From Octopus vulgaris (Eukaryota): 64,000 nt of DNA. A program made the position numbers and the translations under genes. Under the pieces are notes generated by a model that was not told where the DNA came from, did no database searches, and worked only from the letters and a program-made list of their open reading frames with translations. Shown here in pieces: positions 55,267 to 64,000 of the stretch. The stretch lies in contig OX597814.1 of NCBI GenBank assembly GCA_951406725.2, positions 78,120,001 through 78,184,000 of the forward strand, read 5' to 3'. Numbering within the stretch: the stretch's first letter is position 1; each line of letters begins with the position of its first letter.

Positions 55267-58200
55267 GGCCATCTGAAAAAACGCTATGAAAAAATACGTT
55301 ATATAAAGGGAAATTACTGTGTTATAATTCTGCTACTTATATAAAATTAAAAGCAAACACATAAACATGGCTAGTCATACGCTCACATGTGCGCTCGCGG
55401 ACCCACGTGCGTACTTATACGTCACAATGAAAACGTACACATCTTCACTCGCATTTTTCGCCAAATATATACGCATATATATACAAACTTATACACACCC
55501 ACACGCGTACCGTAAAAGTTCATACATACGTCTATATACGCACAAGCACAAGAAAAACTATGATTAAAGGTAACAGAAAAAAACATAAGGAAGTATACAA
55601 AGCATAAAAACCACGTTCATATACGGACATGCCTTTATGCACTCATAGACACAGACGCCCATATATGTACATACCCGCACATGTTTATATATGCATACAC
55701 ACACACACGCATATACAAAAAATGAATATACATATGCCCCCTATGCCCCCCCCCCAAAAAAAAACCCCTAAAAAAATGGAAAAATACTAAGTAAAAACGT
55801 CTATATATATATGCATTCTTATGCCCGCACACACGCACACATCTAAAACTGCCCACTCATACATATCAACACACGTGTACAAATGAATCTATATACACGT
55901 CTATATAGGCACAGGAAATAATGCAGGATAGAAGAGTACAGAAAAAATTATTATGTGTGAAAAAATATAAAAATATATGAAATAATAAAAAGTATAATGA
56001 GATAAAAACTTTTTGGACATAATATAGAAAGCAAGTTCTATCTGTTTTCTTTAGGTAACCAAAAACGTAACAAAAATTTTGTCACGTGTGGGCATGATCC
56101 GAAAAGTTCTGTCCTTGAGTTTAGACATGTAGTAGGGTCTAAGCTGCTTTTCCAGATAAGCCATCTCTCCATGTCGCATAGGCCGCACTTTCCGCTGCCG
56201 TTGGTGTAGGGCTTACATTTGGCCAAAATCTTCCAATGGATGTTATAATCGACACCTTTATCTTTTAAAGACCAAATATGATTAGATAATTTTGTCGCTT
56301 TTCTTTTGTTCCAGTGCCTAAAACTCAAAGTGTGGTTATTGAACCTGGCCTTGAAATTACCCTCTGTAAGGCCCACGTATTTCTTCGTCGAAATGGTGTC
56401 TTTAGTGGTTATAGAGTCCACGGTAGCTTCATAGATGATGGTCTTGGACATGCAAGCTCCATTTAGCGGGCACAATTTTTTATTCCTGCATGAACAGCCG
56501 TTTTCTTGTTGTGGTTTTTCTGTGTTATGTGTGATTATATTTTTAAAATTGGTAGTTGAACTAAAGCTAATTTTTAAATTGTGTTTATTGAAGAGTTTCC
56601 TATAAGTATGGTTAACTGGAAAATGTTTATGTATCAGTGTTAAGAAATATTTACCTATATTGAAGGTCACCTCGGTGAGTAAGGAGGTGTAAACCAGATA
56701 ATCTTCCTATTTCTATTTTTCCTCTTCTTTACTGTTAGGCTAGTAACTGGTGTATATTTTATTTTTTCGCTAAAACCAATATCTTTTAAAGCCTTATTAT
56801 AAACTGGGGAAACGCTATTAAAAATGTCCTTATCGGAGGTGAGGCTAGAAATTCTCTTATATTTTTACTAATATTTTTAACAAAATTTTTGAATACTATC
56901 GGGGGATGGCATGAACCTACATTAATATAACTATGTCTCTCATTGGGCTTCCTATAAGGCTTATAAATATTCTTATTTAGATCTAAGGAAACGTCTAGGA
57001 AATTGACAACCGTCAGGTTAGTATCTATAGTTATACTAAGTCCGAAGTATTTCATTAATTGGATAATACCCTTCCTAAAACGATCCTGTGCTGGTCCATT
57101 TCTATTACCGGTTAAAGTGAGGGCATCATCTTTGTAGATGGCGAAATATACGTCAGGAAATCTCTTACCTAAAGTATCTAGAATAAAAAAATCCAATAAG
57201 ATCGCAAATGCCTGCTCCATCATATGACCCCATGCTCTCAGCGAAAGCACCCGCTGTGTCGGTATTTTTGACCCACTTTGCGTTCTCACTGAAAAATAAG
57301 GTCTTTCTAGCATGGAAGATTATGTCCGTATCATTTGTACTGATTTCTATAAAATCGCTAGCGAAGACGAGGGCTTTATCTAGCAGTTCTTTAGAGATAG
57401 AGACATAAAAATCAACAATATCGAATTGTGTAAACCTCGCTTTTTTCTTATTCTTAATGGCTTTAAACCAGTCTACGACTTCTATACTATTGGACTATTG
57501 TACTAGCCTAGTAGCGGTCTTAATTTTCGCATTTATTTTATCTAAAATTTCTTTACTAATAATCCCAAGTTCTGACTTAGCTGGGTTGATAAGCCTACAT
57601 TTAGGGTTGGAAAGGAAGTTCTCTTTGTGGTCTTTAATTGTAATAAAGGCCTCTTTTGGGGGGGAAGGACTTCTATTTTTTTTATCTAATTTAAGTTTAG
57701 CGGCGATAACGCTAGCTTCTTTATTAGTTTCATTATATGTCTGGGGCCTAGCCTTAGTGTAATTATTAATGATGCTGTTGTGTAAGAGTTGTGTATATTT
57801 GCTGTTATCTACCAGGTATAAGTTCTTGGTTTTATCCGAAAAAAGTGCTTTTTTCTTGGAGCTTTTTATATGTTTTATATCTTTTTTCAATTTATGTTGG
57901 AAATTGTTAAAAGACTTACGAAATTTTATTTTATTCATAAGTTTCAGTAGGTCCGCTTCGAAATCTTCCAAGCCTTTAATCTTGGGAGGGAATTTTTTAG
58001 ATTTTATACGATAGAAAGTATTTTCCATGGTGTCCACTTCTGTATTAAAAAAGAAAGCTTTCCATCTCATGCGCTTAATTAGATCAGTAATTTTCTCTAA
58101 AGTTTCTTTGAATAAAGTTCCCTTGATGGTATTGGTATGTTTTTCATAGAATAATCTATGTAATATGCGTCCATATTAAATTTTTCTGTATGTAAGAGTC

Positions 58201-58383
58201 CTCAACCGATGTTAGGCGATAATCCAAAAAAGCCGTATTAGCTCTTAGTGAAGAATAGCGTCGTCTGGGAAGTAATTTATTGGTAAAAACTGTAAGATAA
58301 CAAAAGAAAGAAAGATACCTCAATATTATGTAAATAGAGGAAATTTATCTATAAAATAATATGTTACAATTACTCAATAGTCA

Positions 58384-58446
58384 AGATAAAACTCTGAGTT
58401 TCAGATGCCGAAGTGGAAATCCACAACACCATCTCTTCGGTTATCT
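58384..58446 (-). ncRNA. Variant type I hammerhead in the upstream pLTR
   Basis: Same motif as 55204-55266, with one substitution in the stem II region. Confidence 0.65.
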
Positions 58447-59103
58447 GGCCATCTGAAAAAACGCTATGAAATTATCCGAAAAGTTCTGTCCTTGAGTTTA
58501 GACATGTAGTAGGGTCTAAGCTGCTTTTCCAGATAAGCCATCTCTCCATGTCGCATAGGCCGCACTTTCCGCTGCCGTTGGTGTAGGGCTTACATTTGGC
58601 CAAAATCTTCCAATGGATGTTATAATCGACACCTTTATCTTTTAAAGACCAAATATGATTAGATAATTTTGTCGCTTTTCTTTTGTTCCAGTGCCTAAAA
58701 CTCAAAGTGTGGTTATTGAACCTGGCCTTGAAATTACCCTCTGTAAGGCCCACGTATTTCTTCGTCGAAACGGTGTCTTTAGTGGTTATAGAATCCACGG
58801 TAGCTTCATAGATGATGGTCTTGGACATGCAAGCTCCATTTAGCGGGCACAATTTTTTTATTCCTGCATGAACAGCTGTTTTCTTGTTGTGGTTTTTTTT
58901 TGTGTTATGTGTGATTATATTTTTAAAATTGGTAGTTGAACTAAAACTAATTTTTTAGGAAAGATGGTGTTGTGGATTTCCACTTCGGCATCAAGTTTTA
59001 TCTTGACTATTGAGTAATTGTAACATATTATTTTATAGATAAATTTCCTCTATTTACATAATATTGAGGTATCTTTCTTTCTTTTGTTATCTTACCGCTT
59101 ATA

Positions 59104-59171
<68 letters not shown>

Positions 59172-59397
59172 TTTTAATGATTTCAATAATTTATTTTATG
59201 ATTTTTATAATTTGTATTCTTATCTTATATGTATTGAATTATAATGTATATATGTATGGTATTAAGGTTCTCATTTTTGCTAAATGAATAAATAATTCAA
59301 CATTCATTCTAATATCTGAAAGCTGATGAACAAACTAAATTGTTTCTCCCTTTTTTTATTTGTATTATGTATACATACATACATATATATATATATG

Positions 59398-59431
<34 letters not shown>

Positions 59432-59437
<6 letters not shown>

Positions 59438-60330
59438 GCCTAAAAACTTGAAAAAATTACTAACAAAGGCAAAATTTGACCTTAGCAACAAAGACCAAAC
59501 ACTCACTGTATCTAAATGCAATGATAGCCGATGTGGCACATGCCAATTCATACATACCGGCCAATATATAAACACAAAAACCGGGAAAATATTCACAAAC
59601 GCGAATATGAACTGCAAAAGTAGAAATTTAATTTACTGCATCAAATGCCCAAATTGTGAAGAAATATATGTAGGTCAGACGGGAAACGCACTATTAGAAC
59701 GCTCACGTGTACACCGGCAGGAGATTAGAGACCCAGAGGTCCGTCAGATACCTTTGAGTAACCACCTAGTAACATGTGACCGGAAAATATATATATAATA
59801 TTTCCATTCTACAAATTACACAGCCCAAGCGAAATCGAGAGGAAAATCAGAGAAAAGAATTTTATTGATAAATTCGAACCCAGGCTAAATAAGCAATAAT
59901 AATAATACTTAGATAGCAGGAAAACTATCTTATGATGATGATGACAATTGAAATATAAAAATATAAAAATCTCTGACAAAGGCTATTTACAACATTTCTA
60001 AAAATAGCCCAACAATTGCTGCTTCGGCCAGGGTCAAGATACTCTTGACATGTCCAACAAAGTGTGACGCATAAATCAATCAGCTCAACCAACCAATCAG
60101 CTTAAGTATTTGAGTGATACTACACACTGATTGGTCAGAATACAGTTTGCAAAACCTAGCATCTGGAGCCTACACAGCTGTAATTAAAGCACAGATTCAA
60201 TCATCTCGCTACAGTAAAAAATTGTGAAGTATGACTGTCACCACTACTACATGAACCTGAAGATTGCAGAATTTAATGCATGAAAGTACTAGTTCAATCA
60301 GAATGAACATTTAACATTCTATTACTTTAT
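59432..60330 (+). mobile_element. Neptune-like PLE 3' end (Cys linker, GIY-YIG, 3' UTR)
   Basis: RQPKNLKKLL...KCNDSRCGTC...NCKSRNLIYCIKCPNCEEIYVGQTG...HL, then EKNFIDKFEPRLN after a frameshift. Hammerhead downstream. Confidence 0.85.
60252..60296 (+). ncRNA. Minimal type I hammerhead (PLE-associated)
   Basis: TGAAC-CTGAAGA-TTGCA...TGCAT-GAAA-GTAC-TA-GTTCA. Palindromic stem III, CUA triplet, U.U at the base of stem II. Confidence 0.7.
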
Positions 60331-60420
60331 TTTATTTTATTATATTACATTATATTATATTATATCATTATAAGATTGTAAATAAAACGTGAAAATCAGA
60401 CAAGGTTGGAATTCCTTTTA

Positions 60421-60466
<46 letters not shown>

Positions 60467-60624
60467 TTAGGGAATAAATCCAAATTTACAGGGAAAAATC
60501 AGATTTAGGATTGAATCCAATTTTATAGTAAAATATTATATTATATTAAATTAGAGACAAAACCACTATTAGGCAAATCTAACAATGAAAAACTTTATCC
60601 AATACATAATATTATTTAATTTAA

Positions 60625-60885
<261 letters not shown>

Positions 60886-60888
<3 letters not shown>

Positions 60889-62258
60889 ACGCGAAATATG
60901 AAAGAAAAAATTAAGGAAATTAACAACTCGAATTAGATCTTCGTTAATTCTAAGACAAGAAACTTATATGCACTTGATAAGGACGTTTACAAGCGTCTAA
61001 TTTCGAATAGCGTCACAGACACATACAAGAAAGATAACACAAATATATACAAAGAGGTGAATTTGGAACCAAGAAGAATAGCTAACAATCTTAAGATTAG
61101 CGATAGGATAGAATATCTTTCCCCGCGACCCGCTTTTATTACCCTAAAAGACCATAAAGCCAATTTTAATAGAAACCCCAAATGTAGATTGATCAATCCG
61201 GCTAAAACTGAAATAGGCATTATTAGCAAATACATTTTGGACCGTATTTTAACTAAGTTAGATAGTGAATTAGATTTGAGAATTTGGAAGAATAGTAAGT
61301 CAGTTATAGAGTGGTTTAGAAGGATTAGCTATAAGCATAACTGCAATTTTACGCAGTTTGATATTATTGACTTTTGTCCATCAATTTCTAGGACTTTACA
61401 TTAGACTTCGCCAAGCAGTATGTCGGCATCGATAGCTCGGAAATTGATATTATCATACATGCGAAGAAATCACTTCTTTTTTTCGAGGATTCCACCTGGG
61501 TTAAGAAGAGTGAAGATTCTCTTTTCGATGTACCGATGGCGGCATACGACAGGGCTGAGTTATGTATGCTCATAGGAGCCTATATTCTTCATAATCTAAA
61601 AATAAGATTCCCATTTATAGATGCAGGTTTATATAGGGATGACAGCCTTATAGCCACCCATACTTTAAACGGCCATGAATCAGATAAACTTAGGAAGGAC
61701 CTTATTGCTTTCTTCAAAAGGATGGGCTTACGGGTTACGATAGAAAAGTGTACACCTGAAAAGTGCAGATTTTTTAGATGTAAATTTGGATTTAAGGTCA
61801 GATAAATTTAAACCTTACCGTAAGCCTAATGACAAGCTATCGTATATAGCAAAGAATCAAATCATCCGCCAGTTATTCTTAGGAACTTAGTCAGCAATGT
61901 AGGTAGACGAATATCGTCAATTTCTTCGGATGAGGCAGCATTCCATAATGCTGCACCTTATTACGATAGCGCATTAAGGAATAGTGGATTCTCTGAGAAG
62001 ATCCAGTATAACCGACTTAATGCTAATAGTAATACTACACATAGAACTAGGACCAGGAAAGTTTTGTGGTTCAACCCAGCTTTCAATTTGACCGTAAAAG
62101 CAAACATAGGTAGGGAATTCTTGAAATTAGCCTCTAGGCATTTTAAACAGGATCATAAATTTTGTAGAATATTTAATAGAAGAACCCTTAAGATCAGCTA
62201 TTCTTGTTGCAGAAATTTCGCCTCTTACGTTAACCAGCACAACAGGAAATTGTGTTGA
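60886..62258 (+). mobile_element. Penelope-type RT fragment, truncated at both ends
   Basis: AFITLKDHKANF..NPKCRLINPAK, QFDIIDF, LYRDD, WFNP and LKISYSC. Homologous to the 55181 element. Confidence 0.88.
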
Positions 62259-62429
62259 AAACTGCCGTTCAAAAGTTTTATTTTGACACATTCTACCAGT
62301 ATACGAAGTTTAAAAGTGTTTAGTTAACTAGAAATTGTGTTGAAAACTGCAGTTCAAAAGGAAAAGATCCCCCCCTCGTTATCGAGTATGGCCATTGCAC
62401 GAAGCTTAATCAATGCTGCTATCGTGCAA

Positions 62430-62910
62430 TGCCTGTGCAAGAAGATTTTTTTGTAAAGTGAGGAAAGGCTGTACACTGAGTCAATCGCACTCACTAAACA
62501 ACACCAGCCATAATCCGAAAAGAAGAACAAGTCAACATCATCGGTAACCACTGAGCTGCAGGTTTTATGTCGGAGTTATCCCAGTTACCTGTTTTGCCTT
62601 CTCCTAGAAGGATGCCCTAGCAAAGGCTAGGAGTCCTTCACTCCCAATGGTTTAACCGCACGATCGGGTATTCAGTCCGATTATTTCTATGTCCCCGCGC
62701 TTGATACAGCCTTAAGACATTTATTGGATGGCCGTTGACTCTCAAGAGTTCCTCCGCCCTTTGACGGGTTTTGTTTTTCATTCCGCAGGGTGTCCAATAA
62801 ACACCCTCCCCACCAAGCAAACTTGGTGGGGTTACCGGTTTAGTCGCCGACGACCCGACCATGCAACAGGTTGTTCTGGGTTACATGTTACCAGTAGCAC
62901 TCGAAAGTGA
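62430..62910 (-). mobile_element. Probable RTE-type 5' UTR relic
   Basis: Minus-strand CTAGGAGAAGGCAAAAC motif, recalled from RTE 5' UTRs, and several GC hairpins. No ORF support. Confidence 0.4.
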
Positions 62911-62918
62911 CCTGACAT

Positions 62919-63050
<132 letters not shown>

Positions 63051-63331
63051 CTGCATACATGTATATATATGTGAGTATGTATGTATGTATGCATCTATGT
63101 ATGTATGTGTGCATGTGTGTGTGTTTATACTGAGGCTTGGCTCACAATCCTTGGTGAACACACACATACACACACACACACACACTCACCCACTCAGTCA
63201 CTCACACCGCAAAACAATAGATTTTAATAAGAAACACAAGATTCATCGTCACTATAACAATGCAATAATCTAAATCCACACTTATAAATTCTGTTATCAA
63301 AAAAGGGAATTGTGAGATATTCTCATATTCT

Positions 63332-63727
63332 TTTCTACTCTAGGAACAAGGCCAGAAATTGATGGCGGGGGGCAGTCGATTAGATCGACTCAGTACGCAA
63401 CTGATACTTAATTTATCGATTCTGAAATGATGAAAGTCAAAGTCGACCTCGGCGGAATTTGAACTTAGAACGTGAAGACAGACGAAATACCTATTTCTTT
63501 ACTGCCCACAAGGGGCTACACACCGAGGGGACAAACAAGGACAGACAAACGGATTAAGTCGATTATATCGACCCCAGTGCGTAACTGGTACTTATTTAAT
63601 CGACCCCGAAAGGATTAAAGGTAAAGTCGACCTCGGCGGAATTTGAACTCAGAACGTAGCGGCAGACGAAATACCGCTAAGCATTTTGCCCGGCGTGCTA
63701 ACGTTTCTGCCAGCTCGCCGCCTTGGA
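63332..63727 (-). mobile_element. Dimeric Nin-like SINE with 15-bp TSD
   Basis: Two body units. ATATTCTCATATTCT at 63317-63331 and 63728-63742. Confidence 0.88.
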
Positions 63728-64000
63728 ATATTCTCATATTCTCTTATGAATTGTATCAAATGTTGTGTATACCACGGGGTAAGTTCTCGATGAGTTAGTT
63801 GTAAACGAATATCTGGTTTCAGTTATCAGTTTATATCTCAAAAAGTTATATCTTTTAGTGACGTAGCTAGAATGTGTACCACCTGAACAGCCTTGTGTTT
63901 ACATCACATCCCCGCGCCCCACAAATCTATAAATGCTTATACAGGAGACTCATAAATGCGTGCCCGTGGCTGGAACACCCTCTCTCCCCTCTGACATCAC

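Larger units (their letters stand above)
55181..59109 (-). mobile_element. Full-length Penelope-type element with upstream partial tandem copy and inverted pLTR; ORF frameshifted
   Basis: ORF starts at 58174 (MDAYYIDYSMKNIPIP), then MRWKA, KDHKENF..NPKCRLINP, IYKDD, NFLDV and GIY-YIG TIIYEA...KYVGLT, ending at 56038. pLTR copies at 55181-55290 and about 58278-58470, duplicate EN at 58475-58956, inverted pLTR at 58962-59109. Confidence 0.92.

Overview
AT-rich, microsatellite-dense animal genomic DNA. The SINE types and (TA)n/(TACA)n density suggest an octopus or other cephalopod (inference). No prokaryotic features are present. The only host gene seen is an integrin alpha-like gene on the minus strand: six small FG-GAP beta-propeller exons between 48490 and 17847, with splice and frame defects at two junctions, so it may be a pseudogene. 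The rest is nested retroelements: at least five Penelope-like elements (PLEs, RT + GIY-YIG), RTE, CR1-like and R4-like LINE relics, a Gypsy RT scrap, mariner relics, a non-autonomous Helitron and many tRNA-derived SINEs. Four features stand out. (1) A 361-bp non-coding unit in tandem and inverted copies carries a variant type I hammerhead ribozyme and is a candidate retrozyme (20234-21210). (2) About ten more minimal hammerhead motifs, intact or decayed, lie mostly at PLE ends. (3) A 4.7-kb near-perfect palindrome is made of one defective Naiad-like PLE, with a hairpin at its switch point. (4) A head-to-tail chain of ORF1-only (gag-like CCHC) retroelements spans 34241-39685. Most ORFs in the supplied track are microsatellite artefacts. 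All calls are by eye; no searches or folding were run.
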